Positions 37,713-49,522 of a DNA stretch of 64,000 nucleotides are shown here, piece by piece. The DNA is taken from contig NW_025767357.1 of assembly GCF_003918875.1 (NCBI RefSeq), forward strand, positions 1,054,001 to 1,118,000. The letters are read 5' to 3'. Origin of the DNA: Haliotis rubra (taxonomy: Eukaryota). A program made the position numbers and the translations under genes. Each line of letters begins with the position of its first letter. The stretch's first letter is position 1. Under the pieces are notes generated by a model. That model worked only from the letters and a program-made list of their open reading frames with translations, ran no database searches and had not been told where the DNA came from.

Positions 37713-38468
37713 AGTGAGTGAGTTTAGTTTTACGCCGCCTTTAGCAATATTACAGCAATATCACGGCGGGGGACACCAGAAATGGGCTTCGCAAATTGTA
37801 CCCATGTGGGGAATCGAACCCGGGTCTTCCGTGTGACGAGTGAACGCTTTAACCACTAGGCTACCTCCATCGCCTTTAACCATGAGGACAATCTGCCGAA
37901 AACAGACTCCTTCGAAAGACATGGCCCACATCATGACAACGTGTTTATAAATCACTGACTGACTGACTAAGTTTGGTTTTACGCCGCTTTTAGCAATATT
38001 CCAGCAACATCACGGCGGGGGACACCAGAAATGGGCTTCACACATTGTGCCCATGTGGGGATTCGAACCCGGGTCTTCGGCGTGACGAGCCAACGGTTTA
38101 ACCATTAGGCTACCCCTCCGCCCTTTATAAATCACAGTGAAACAGGGATGATATACATGTATACCGGGTGTTCGTGAAAGGGTGAGCGTATTCTTTGTTC
38201 TTCCGCGTTGGTGAAACCCACAAGAGCAGATATGGCGCCAACAACCGAGGGTCAAACCGGGATTCGAACCCACAGTCCTTGGTTTCTGGCGTACAGCTAT
38301 AACTGACTGACTGAGTTTGGTTTTACGCCGCTTTTAGCAATATTCCAGCAACATCACGGCGGGGGACACCAGAAATGGGCTTCACACATTGTACCAATGT
38401 GGGGATTCGAACCCGGGTCTTCGGCGTGCCGAGCCAACGCTTTAACCACTAGGCTACCCCACCGCCCC
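37713..38468 (-). mobile_element. Three clustered SINE family A copies (about 37713-37873, 37953-38123, 38302-38468)
   Basis: Consensus matches, with TSDs TTTATAAATCAC and CGTACAGCTATAA on the last two. Confidence 0.85.
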
Positions 38469-39287
38469 TCGTACAGCTATAATGATGTGAGGTATAAATC
38501 ATACACTGACAGAGACAAGAGCAAAGATTTGGTCCAGAATATTCTCGAATGCAATAATAATTTGTTTGCGGCACTTTCGGGGTTTAAGTACCACAAATAT
38601 TGCGAGTGTAATCCCTGGCACTCGGCGCATGCGTAAGTACTGGGACTGCACGGTATTACCGGTAAACCGGTATATCTCAATACGCCTTTCAAACGAAACC
38701 TATTGCAATATTTTTTTCTCAGAACCGTTACATTGGGTAATACAATATATATGAAGTTTCGTGATTACCTCTGTCGTTTAAGTTAAAATCTACATAGACT
38801 TTCATTCACACTGACGTTTTCCATTGTAATTAATTGACAAAACAGCATACTTTACATGCAAAGAATTTTAGGAAATACAATCCCTCAAAATCAATTCGAA
38901 ATTTGAAAATATCTGTTATCACAACCATTAAGTATATTTTTATGACTTTAGTGTGTAGAAAATAGGATGTGCATGTACAGTCGATGTCACTCACAGTCAA
39001 ACACTTAGGCTCCTAATGTATCGCAATACAATGTATTTGCCAATACACAGACCTGGTACTAATTAAGCCTCCAAACTACCCCTTGGCGTCCTAACCCCAG
39101 CTGACTGACCTGTGCATGTTAAAGCGTTGGCTCGTCACGCCAAAGACCAGGGTTCGAATCCCCACATGGGTACAATGTGTGAAGCCCATTTCTGGTGTCC
39201 CCCGCCGTGATGTTGCTGGAATATTGCTAAAAGCGGCGTAAAACCAAACTCAGTCAGTCCAATTGCTTTTAATACTCCTTAATAGTC

Positions 39288-39510
39288 AGTTGTTTGTTGT
39301 GTAACGCCGCAATGTTCCATCTGTATGGCGTCGGTCTGTAAATAATCGAGTCTGGACCAGACAATCCAGTGATCAGTCAATGCATGAGCATCGATCTACC
39401 GAAATGGGATACGATGACGTGTGTCAACCAAGTCAGCGATCCTGACCACCCGATCCCGTTACAACAAGCATGGGTTGCTGAAGATCAGTTCTAACCCGGA
39501 TCTTTAGGGT
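39288..39510 (-). mobile_element. SINE family B
   Basis: Consensus match. Confidence 0.75.
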
Positions 39511-39736
39511 ATTTTCCCAAGACGTTTATTTGTTATTTCAACTTTGATAACCTTGGCTACGACATCATGGGTTTCAAAGATATTAAATTTCTGTTTGCTG
39601 ACGGCGTGTCTTTGGACAGGTTGTGTCACAGGTTGTACGAGTTTTCTTCATCAAAAGACTTTCGTCAGAGATCAGTCTATATATTTCGTCATTCCTATAG
39701 ATGTGGACACACTGTTGAAGCTATGGGTACGATGTA

Positions 39737-40000
39737 CAGTCAAATCCCGATGAGTCGAATCTCTGGGGACCAAGTAATAAATTCGATTTATCGATGTATT
39801 CGAGACATAGGTATGTCTATGAGGGTAGAAAAAAAGATGATCCAGTTCTTCTCGAGTCATCGTGTGTATTTATGAGTCGAATTCGTGTAACCGGTATTCA
39901 AATAATGACAACTATAACAGGGAATGGTCGGGACCGACAGGTACTTCGAGTTATGCATAATATTCGAGACACCGGCATTCGACTCATCGGGATTTGACTG
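39737..40000. mobile_element. pogo/Tigger-type MITE
   Basis: Perfect 24-bp TIR CAGTCAAATCCCGATGAGTCGAAT with a TA duplication. Confidence 0.85.
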
Positions 40001-40472
40001 TATATGTTTCTGGATATCCAGAGTTCTGTGTTCCCCGTACCGACACAACATGTGGAGTCCCGACATGATAACTGTGAAATATTGCTAAAAGCGGGAAAAG
40101 CTGACTTTCTCACTTTTCTCACTTAATCTGCAATGCAACAGCAAACAAATGTGGACTTATTCCTTTATTCCCGATCGGAAACACCCTGAATGACAGAGCT
40201 AGAGGTATTACGTGTCAGTAGAGGTATTATACCGTTCTAAGATCAGTTGTTCATAGTGACTCTTGTTCACAGATTGCACAGACTAGTATAACAAATGCTC
40301 ACAGATATATCTATTCGGGTTTTCGTAGGATAAATGCGTTTTTTATGCGAAACTGTAACCCTAGAGTCGCATTTATAATCGCACGAATATACCGTAAATA
40401 TTGTTATAACAAACCATCCTTATCTTTTAAATCTGGTTTAGTGAGAGGACACCCTGTATAGAGGTGAGTGTT

Positions 40473-42333
40473 TTACTTCCAGACGTTTTCCCAGGAAGGC
40501 CCGTTGGGTTCACCGTCGTTGAAGTCGTACTCCTCCACTCCGGACAACAACTTCGCCTCTTTTGTCGTAGCAACTTCCGGAAGACAGTCGCCGATAGGAG
40601 ATGTAATGTCGCTGAAATGTGGAGGATGGGAAGCTTCAAAAACTTGGACTCCCAGAGACGGAAAATTGTCGGTCGTCATGATTTTCTTGTAAGCCTTTTT
40701 TCTGGCTTCCATGTCACCAGGGTTAGCCCACTGCGCAGGCGTCATGGATACAAGAACCACAAAGCGCCACCTGTCAGGATTAGGGCGGCCTTTAACTGGT
40801 CTGCAATTGTCATATACTGTTCGCGAATCCCAAAGGACCATTCCTCCTTTGGGGACGGGAACCTTGGTGGCAATGCATCCTTTTTCTTTGAACCAAGCCT
40901 TTTCATCCTCCCCTAATTTATTGAATTTGTCTCTGGTACTCTTCCTGGCATTGTCTTCAAATTCTTCATAGTATGTTTCGAAGTGTTTATGTGACCCCGA
41001 CAGGACCCGGAAGCAGTAGTCCGTTTCTGACGCCTCTTCCAGAAACATTGCACCCTGGTAACCATGGAGACCAATTCTTTGTGGCGATTGGTCAGCAAGG
41101 AACAAGTCTTTCCCGTAGTCATAAATACCAAATCTTTCAGTTTCAGGTGGGAATGATACAGATACTCCTTCGAAACTTGTAAGTAGCTTCTCTGTCTCCC
41201 AAATTTTAGCAAAAACTGGCTTGGCTTTTAATCGGCAGTTCCAGGTATTTGCAAAATGACTTATATCATAACTCTGTATGACAGATTCCACTTGAAATGG
41301 CCAATCATCTTCCTCAAACTGGGACAGCCAGTCGCGGTACTGGGATATGTACGTGTCACAGTCCTGCGCACTGCAAACATCTGATATCACAGCATATCCT
41401 TTCTCCTCTAGGTCTCGTATAACAGATTCCCTGAGAACAAATATAACAAAAGGATTAAAAGCAATTAGAGTGAGTGAGTTTGGTTTTACGTCGCTATTAG
41501 CAATATTCCAGCAATATCACGGCGGGGTACACCGGAAATGGAATTCGCACATTGTACCTATGTGGGGAATCGAAAGCGGGTGTTCGGCGTGACTAGCGAA
41601 CACTTTAACCACTAGGCTACCCCACCGCCCCACAAATGCAATAAGAAGGCATTACGGTGAACATTTGCGGTAATGTATAGGTTAGTGCACAGGGGTTTGA
41701 ATCACTGTTTGGACAATAATTAAAAAAACTATGAATCTAGATTTTATATCTTATGAGTAACTTATACTTCAAATTTGAACGAAATCGGTAAACAAATGGA
41801 TTTTTTAGAAAATTCTCACGGTTGCAAAAATCTAGATTTTTATTTTTTTAAATCATTGTCGAAACAGTGATTCGACCCCCTGTGGGTTAGTACCCTGCGA
41901 CTTCGACTACCCAGCGTATGATTGCTCCGTTCTGGTATAAGCTGTACCCTGAGCCTATTCGTGAATGGAACTTGGTCTTCGATCTGACCAAACAGCCATC
42001 CAATCAGATTAACCCAATGAGAATAACAAGGAACCAATGCACAAACGAAATATTTGCTGCTTTGAAATAGTAGTTGACAACATGGAAGGAATATTTCAAC
42101 CTCTTATGAGATTTGAGAAATATATCATTCGCCTTGACTTTGAAACTAGTTGCACGGCGTTTAAGGGGTCCACAAGTATATACAGCATAGTGCATAGTGT
42201 TTGAGGGTAACATTAGGTATGATTTTTGGGGTAAATGTTTAATTTCGAACCTTTCGTTTTAACGGTATGTGATTTTTGTGTTCAAGAAGTGGAAGAACAG
42301 TTGATGTCTTCATACGACTATAGTAAATCCATC

Positions 42334-42364
<31 letters not shown>

Positions 42365-42923
42365 AAAAACACACTCAAAAACACACAGACACAATTTGAC
42401 AATGGTGACATGGCTCATTTGTTGGTAGCGCCGCAATTATCTGCGCAGAGTTGCGTCCTTTAGTCGTGCCAGAGTCGTGAGATCGAATCCAAAATGAGTC
42501 TATAAGACTACTCTTATACCCTGCTCGCATGTTTCACTCAAGTGATCTACATGTCATTTTGTCTTTCCTCCCGCATAAAGCTATTATGTTATTATTTGAC
42601 AGAAATACTGTGTTAAGCGGCTCTAAACCAAACCGGGCGATGGGGTAGCTTAGTGGTTAAAGCGTTCGCTCGTCACGCCGAAGACCCAGGTTCGATTCCC
42701 TACATTTGTACAATGTGTGAAGCCCATTTCTGGTGTCCCCCGCCGTGATATTGCTGGAATATTGCTAAAACTAAACTCACTCACTAACTCTAAACCGAGC
42801 CAGCACACCCACTCGTGGTCTGATAATCAATTCAACAAAGTGACTATCAGTGTATGAAGTACTAGTGCACGCTACCAACCTGTTGATACCGGATAGGTCA
42901 TGGATCTCGCCCTCTGACGCCAT
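40473..42923 (-). CDS. PhyH-like dioxygenase paralog 4, predicted catalytically inactive (pseudoenzyme)
   Basis: Exon 1 42923-42880 (MASEGEIHDLSGIN-R, donor GTTGGT) and exon 2 41430-40473 form an open frame. HxD has become LAD and the distal H has become Y (SRTVYDN). Confidence 0.85.
41468..41631 (-). mobile_element. SINE family A
   Basis: Consensus match. Confidence 0.8.
42635..42790 (+). mobile_element. SINE family A
   Basis: Consensus match. Confidence 0.8.
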
Positions 42924-43470
42924 CTCATACAGGTGATGTGTCGCTGCACGTCAAGGGTAAATGTTGAAAACTATTGCTGTACCCAGCCCCCGATGTAAAA
43001 GGAAGTTCTAGGTTGTGCCATCGCTTTTTACTGTCCGGAGCATATTGCACAATTTGGTGAAACCTACCCACAAGGGTATAAATAGCACACTATGATTTTA
43101 TCTATAGACTGTTACCTAGTCTACTACTGAGACGCAGCTTGAGCGGGAACCAGTTCAAAGTGAAAGCGCGATATCGGTTTTGTTCGGACGAATGTTTTGT
43201 GAAAAACGGAGAAGCTGTCACATTCACTCTCTTTTCACATATCGTTTAGATTTCGACTTTGAAAACAGATTTACCCATACAACCATTTGTAACAAATTAA
43301 TGCCTAAAACATAGTTGTGAAATTACGAGTGAGGATGGTTTGGCTTGGCTGTAAATATTATATGGTATATCACAACGATCTCGGCTGCATGTAGAATTAT
43401 TCCAAGACGTTTACCATATTTGGTGGAACCCACGTGGACAGGTACCGTGCTGGCAAGCCCTGAAACAAAA

Positions 43471-43644
43471 GGGAGCGGTGGGGTAGTCTAGTGGTTAAAG
43501 CGTTCGCTCGTCACACCGAAGACCGGGTTCGAATCCCCACATGGAAACAATGTGTGAAGCCCATTTCTGGTGTCCCCCGCTGTGATATTGCTGGAATATT
43601 GCTAAAATTAGCGTTATACCGTATTCACACATTCACTCACTCAC
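43471..43644 (+). mobile_element. SINE family A
   Basis: Consensus match. Confidence 0.8.
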
Positions 43645-44260
43645 TATAAAACAAAGGTTATCATATCCCTAAGGGGCGTAGCTCAAGGCGTATTACGTCG
43701 CCTGGAACAACTGGTTCATCGGGGAAGGGGGGGGGCTGACAAAGGGAGCCTCTGAAACAAACGGCAAGCCAGCTTCAACCAGAGTCTGAGACCATATAAT
43801 AGATATATTATATGGTCTCTGATTCAACCCAAATTATACTTACACAAATCAGGGCTTAACTGAAGAAGAGGTTAGCTGTAGCTATTGGGTTATCTATTCG
43901 TCAATACAATGATTCTGGTTAGATACAAATATTGACTGATCTACGGCGCCTCGTTCTTTTACACGCAAGCCCGGGAATTACTGCAATGTCGTCATTCGGG
44001 TAAAACAGAAACAGGTGAAACGTGTCACTCGAACGCAACACACGAGTAAACAAATATTTGAACAGCCCTGACCTACACCAGCTAGCAGTGTACGTTATAT
44101 GTGTGTCAAACAGGCATGCTGACTGTTCAGTTTCGGTTTCGATGTCAGGTATTAGTCAAACATTGTTAATTTAGTAAATATATTGTTGGTTCTTAAATAT
44201 GCGCAATATTCAGTTAACGCGAACAGGTGTGGACCGATGTTTTCAGGTGGGACCCAGCAG

Positions 44261-44495
44261 TAGACTAGCATCTAGTCTCTGTAATAAACATAATTTACAG
44301 AAAAAACGGTTCCTTAATTATATTCACAAAATATAATAAAAAAGAGCCCAAAGACTTCATTTTCAGAAACTGCAGTAATCTACACTTATAGAACATTATA
44401 GAAACTGTGGTAATCTAGACTTGCCACAGGTTCTAGACTTGCTTGGGCTGCATTGGGTATGTGTGTTTCAGGGTTTGTATGACAATCTGACACTA
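44261..44495. mobile_element. Diverged Academ-like MITE relative
   Basis: Starts TAGACTAGCATCTAGTCT and shares the internal GTAATCTAGACTTGC with the 6710 and 22819 copies. Confidence 0.45.
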
Positions 44496-45151
44496 CAGCT
44501 GTGACAATATGATACTCTGGTAAATTACTTCAGTTACAGCCATTTACAGGGAAAAGGTGTCATTATCATTCATTTGGGAATTATGATTAAACTGACAACC
44601 ACGTCCTAGGGGAAATGTTGCAAGTGTAGGTTTGTTGCAAACTGACAAGTTTGATTCAAGTTTGAAACAGCCATTGCTGGAAATGTTGCTTCATTTTCAA
44701 ATGTTTGTTGGGGCGGTGGAGTAGCGCAGTGGTAAAAGCGTTGGCGCGTTACGCCGAGGGTTCGATTCCCCACGTTGATATAATGTGTGAAGCATTCTGG
44801 TGTCCACCGCCGTAATATTGATTACATGTTGCTTTTTGTGGCGTAATGCTAATTCTGCCACAAAAAGGTTGGCCTTTTTGAGTGAGTAATGTTTTACGCC
44901 GTTTTTAGCAATATTCCAGTAATATCACGGCGGGGGACACCAGAAATGGGCTTCACACGTTGTGCTCGTGTGGGGAATCGAACCCGGATCGTGACGAGCG
45001 AACGCTACCCCACCGCCCTGGCAATTTTGAGCTCGAAATAACCGTAAACAGTGTCAGTGGCAATTTCTACTAGGCAATCACGTGGTTGACACCATCGGAA
45101 ACAAACCAACCCAGGGAGCACCATGTTAAACAATAGTTGGATTCCAGGTAA

Positions 45152-45386
45152 TAGTGAGTGAGTTTTGTTTTTTACCGCACTCAGCAACAGTCCACCTATA
45201 TGGCGGCGGTCTGTAAATAATTGAGTCTGGACCAGACAATCCAGTGATCAACAGCATAAGTATCGGTCTACACAATTGGGATACAATGACATGTGTCAAC
45301 CAAATCAGCTAGCCTGACCACCCGATCCCGTTAGTCGCCTCTTACGGGTTAATGAAGACCATTTCTAACCCGGATCTTCACGGGTA
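45152..45386 (-). mobile_element. SINE family B
   Basis: Consensus match. Confidence 0.8.
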
Positions 45387-45533
45387 CCAAGGTAAGAAGA
45401 AATTCCAAGCAGTCTATGCTTGTCGTGAGAGACAAAGTGGATCGGTTGGTCAGAGACTTAGTCGATTGGCGGTCATCGGATCCAGATTCCACTGTGTAAG
45501 CCTTTACGGTTAAACAATAGTGTTTTGTGATCA

Positions 45534-45668
45534 GGGGGCGGTGGGGTAGCCTAGTGGTTAAAGCGTTGGCTCGTCACGCCGAAGACCCGAGTTCGAATCC
45601 CCTCATGGGTACAATGAGTGAAGCCAATTTCTGGTGTCCCCCGCCGTGATATTACTGGAACAGTCAGT
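45534..45668 (+). mobile_element. SINE family A
   Basis: Consensus match with an internal deletion near the tail. Confidence 0.8.
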
Positions 45669-46577
45669 TTTGTGATCACTTGATAGTAAACAATCACTGC
45701 GTGTTCAAGACCCCCAACAAACGCGCCAACATCCTAATTTTGCGTCGCGAACGTATATACCATGCCGTCATATGATTCCGTGGTACTTACGTTTCCGTGG
45801 TATTTTCTTATGACATAATTTCTCACGAGCCACTCACCAAATTGCGCCGTCTATCGATTGTTTACGTTCATCAGTCGATCGTCACGGCTCTGAGCAAAAA
45901 ATGCTCAGACTTTCATCAATTTGCGTACGTACAGTCACCAACTATTAAAAACTGTTGCAACTTTATGTCTAGAACGTAATGCACTGTTTGTGCGATCTTT
46001 ACAAACATTTTCTATAGACTTATTCAGCTTCAAAGTTTTCCAAACATCGCTCTTCTGCTAGCTGATGTAATCAATAAAAACAATCACGCGATCTAAGGAG
46101 GGAATCCCATGTCTATTTTTTAAACTATGGAAGCCCGATAGGGTCATCTCTTAAGTCGTTTTTGCACTTTTCATTTCACGTATCCCGTTGATCAACTCTA
46201 CATATTTTATGAACTGGATATTTATGCTGAAGAAATGTGACTATTGTGTTAATTCTACAAAATCGTTGACTGCATTACAATTTATCAACTTCGTTATTTA
46301 TGACAACGTGTGGGATTGTGACATGTGCCGTGCGCCCGTAACTTGATCTGTAGGGAATACCACGGAAACATATGACGTCACCAGAGTTTGTGCACAATGG
46401 CCGCCTGTCGTCCGATACGGACAATGAACTTCAGAGTGACAAACGTGTTTCATTGACATTAAATGATACAAAGGTATGTCGTCTAACACTATGTTATGTC
46501 TATATTACTTGACAATATCAGCGTATTCATAGTCGTAAATTTCTTAATACCACGGAAACCCATGACGCGAGGGTATA

Positions 46578-46973
46578 CTATTCACACTTTGCTAAGGATG
46601 AAATCATGGATTCAACAGAAAACTATGATGTGGGGTCAAATTTGGTTTAAATATCTAAGCTTATTGTAAGCATGGATCCTAGGTTTCAGTTTGTCATTTC
46701 ATCTTGTGGAACCTATACCTGCTATTCGACAGGTGTTGTGTATTTGTCAATGACTCGTTCCATGACTTGCAAAATAGTTGATTGGTGCCATGAAAACCAT
46801 TTTTATCGTTACTCCTGTATCAAGTGCATACGGTTAGCTTAAAGTGGCTGTTTTCCTAAAGATGTGTTACCATATCATAATTTGTCCATTTTTAAATCGA
46901 TACAATTTCAAATTATAAATCTACGTTTAAGTAAAGTTGCGAATTTTTGTGACCCTTAGCAAAGTTTGAGTAG
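46578..46973. mobile_element. Tc1/mariner-type MITE
   Basis: TIR CTATTCACACTTTGCTAAGG / CCTTAGCAAAGTTTGAGTAG with TA flanks. Confidence 0.7.
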
Positions 46974-47081
46974 TATACATGACGCCAACATTGTACATCA
47001 CGATCTTAAAGTTGAGGAGAATGTTTTTGAAAACTGCATCATTTAATTTTAGAATACAATTATTGTCATTGAGGTTTATTT

Positions 47082-47257
47082 GACTGACTGACTGACTGAC
47101 TGAGTTTGGTTTTACGCCGCTTTTAGCAATATTCCAGCAATATCACGGCGGGGGACACCAGAAATGGGCTTCACTCATTGTACCCATGTGGGGATTCGAA
47201 CCCGGGTCTTCGGCGTGACGAGCCAACGCTTTAACCACTAGACTATCCCACCGCCCC
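47082..47257 (-). mobile_element. SINE family A, CAGT-tail subfamily
   Basis: Consensus match. Confidence 0.85.
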
Positions 47258-47355
47258 TGATGTTTATTTGAAACAGAGTTACTTTTCCGTTAGTTTATAG
47301 CCTGAGTTGACTAAATGTGACAATTTATATTACTCGTTCCTTCAAACAATCATCC

Positions 47356-47602
47356 GACCCGTGAAGAACCGGGGTAGAGTAGGTCTTCAGCAACCCATGC
47401 TTACCACAAAAAGGCGACTATGCTTGTCGTAAGAGGCAACAAATGGGATCGGGTGGTCAGGCTCGCTGACTTGGTTGACACATGTCATCGGTTCCCAATT
47501 GCCCATATCGATGCTCATGCTGTTGATCACTGGATTGTCTGGTCCAGACTTGATTATTTAGAGACCGCCGCCATATAGCTGGAATATTCCTGAGTGAGGC
47601 GT
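47356..47602 (+). mobile_element. SINE family B (duplicated-hairpin variant)
   Basis: Consensus match with TSD TCAAACAATCATCC. Confidence 0.85.
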
Positions 47603-47959
47603 AAAACTAAACTCACTCACTCAAACAATCATCCAAAAGATCTAAAAACGGAATCCCTTACTGATATCAATACTCAATATGAATGCGTTCAACACGAACA
47701 TAATGCTTACAATTATACTAATAATTGTACAGGGACTACTAACAAGGTCACAGCTTGCACACAAAATTCTGATAATCCATAATTCGGCCCAGCTTCGTGT
47801 ATCTTAAAGCAAGGACATATTTTTGTATTTTTTGTACATCAGTGGATTTATTTCTTCCTGTCTGTCGACATGAGTATTGGCTGCAGCAAACGACTTAATA
47901 CAGGTTTTGTCTGTCTGTGAACTATGAGTTTGATATGGATATTTGATATCGTTTTGGAT

Positions 47960-48185
47960 TGGTTTGGCTGTTGTTTAACCCCGCACACAGCAATATTCCA
48001 CCTACATGGCGGCGGTCTGTAAATAATCAAGTCTGGACCAGACAATCCAGTGATCGACAACATGAACATCGATCTACGTAATTGGCCAACGAAGTCACAG
48101 AGTCTGACCTCCCGATCCCGTTAGTCGCCTGTTACGACAAACATGGATTGCTGAAGACCAATTCTAACCCGGATCTTCACGGGTC
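47960..48185 (-). mobile_element. SINE family B
   Basis: Consensus match. Confidence 0.75.
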
Positions 48186-49522
48186 TTTTGATACCGTGAT
48201 CGGGACGCTGGCTGACTGGCTGAGTATGGTTTTACGCCGTTTTTAGCAATATTCCAGCAATATCACGGCGGGGGACACCAGAAACTGGCTTCATGATCGG
48301 GACGCACGTAGAAACAGAAGATAAGCAAAAGTCATTTAAACAATATTTATTCAAGAAAAAAGTAGCTGAAATAAAATATTTGAATACACGTCTAAGTAAA
48401 CAAATGTACAGACCGTGTATATATACGACTGAAAAGAAGATAAAATATGCCTTATATCATGTATTTACAGATTAAGAGTACAAATTAAAAATCGTGTTTT
48501 ATTAACTTCTGTTGAGTACTATCTGTCAGTGGTATGTTATAAGGCTGGACAATAGCATACAGCCGTACCCTCGGCGCAAGTTCCGGGTTCGAATCCAGAC
48601 GTGTAAAGATATACTTTGAAGACACTCACAGTAGTTAAATAGTACATAAATAAATATCAGGGCAACATCTCAAGGACTAAAGACACGATTTGCATATTGT
48701 AAAATGCTTTCTAACTTCCCCAGGTGAAAACTGACACCGCCTGGAAATGGTATGTAAACTTATTTGGAAACAATATATACAAGCTGGACGGACGTAGTCC
48801 TTTCTTATATGACCACATTTGCGGTTTTCAGTGGGATGGTGTCAAAGAGGAAAAATAAATGCATCATTAATCAACATTGACTTGCAGCAGTAAATCAAAG
48901 GTATCCATGGGTGGTCACGATTAACCTTCGCCTCAACATATGCATAATGAAAAAGCCAATTGGATTTTTGGTTTGGTTTCATTGTTTAAAGCCGTACTCA
49001 GCAATATTCCACCTATATGGCGGCAGTCTGTAAATAATCGAGTCTGGACCAGATAATCCAGTGATCAACAGCATGAGCATCGATCTACGCAACTGGGATA
49101 CGATGACACGAGTGACCCTGACCACCCGATCCCGTTACGACAGGCATGGGATGCTGAAGATCAATTGGATTTAACGCCGCATTGAATATTGCTCCATATC
49201 ACTACGTTTCAAATCGATCCCAAAGTGATATGAGTATATAATGTCCAACACTGTCCTGAAACCCCCGACTACGGGTGTTGGGCTGACAAAACTTAAAACA
49301 TAAGCGGTGAACTGGGATTCGTAGACCTTTGCTCTAGACAATGTGACGCAGTTCTACATAACAAGTTCCGGTGACTTACCTAATGTAAGATTATTATCAT
49401 ATCAATATCAATTCATGTGCAAGTTTATGAACACAAAATTAGCAGTCAGAGTATGTACTCAGTCGTCGACATGTACAAAAATAATTTTTTTGTACATTTC
49501 ATTCAAATCCCGTGACATTACA

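Noticed and set aside
41090-41100. Paralog 4 as a 2OG-dependent halogenase
   Set aside because: Halogenases keep both His and replace the Asp with Ala/Gly. Here the Asp is kept and both His are lost.
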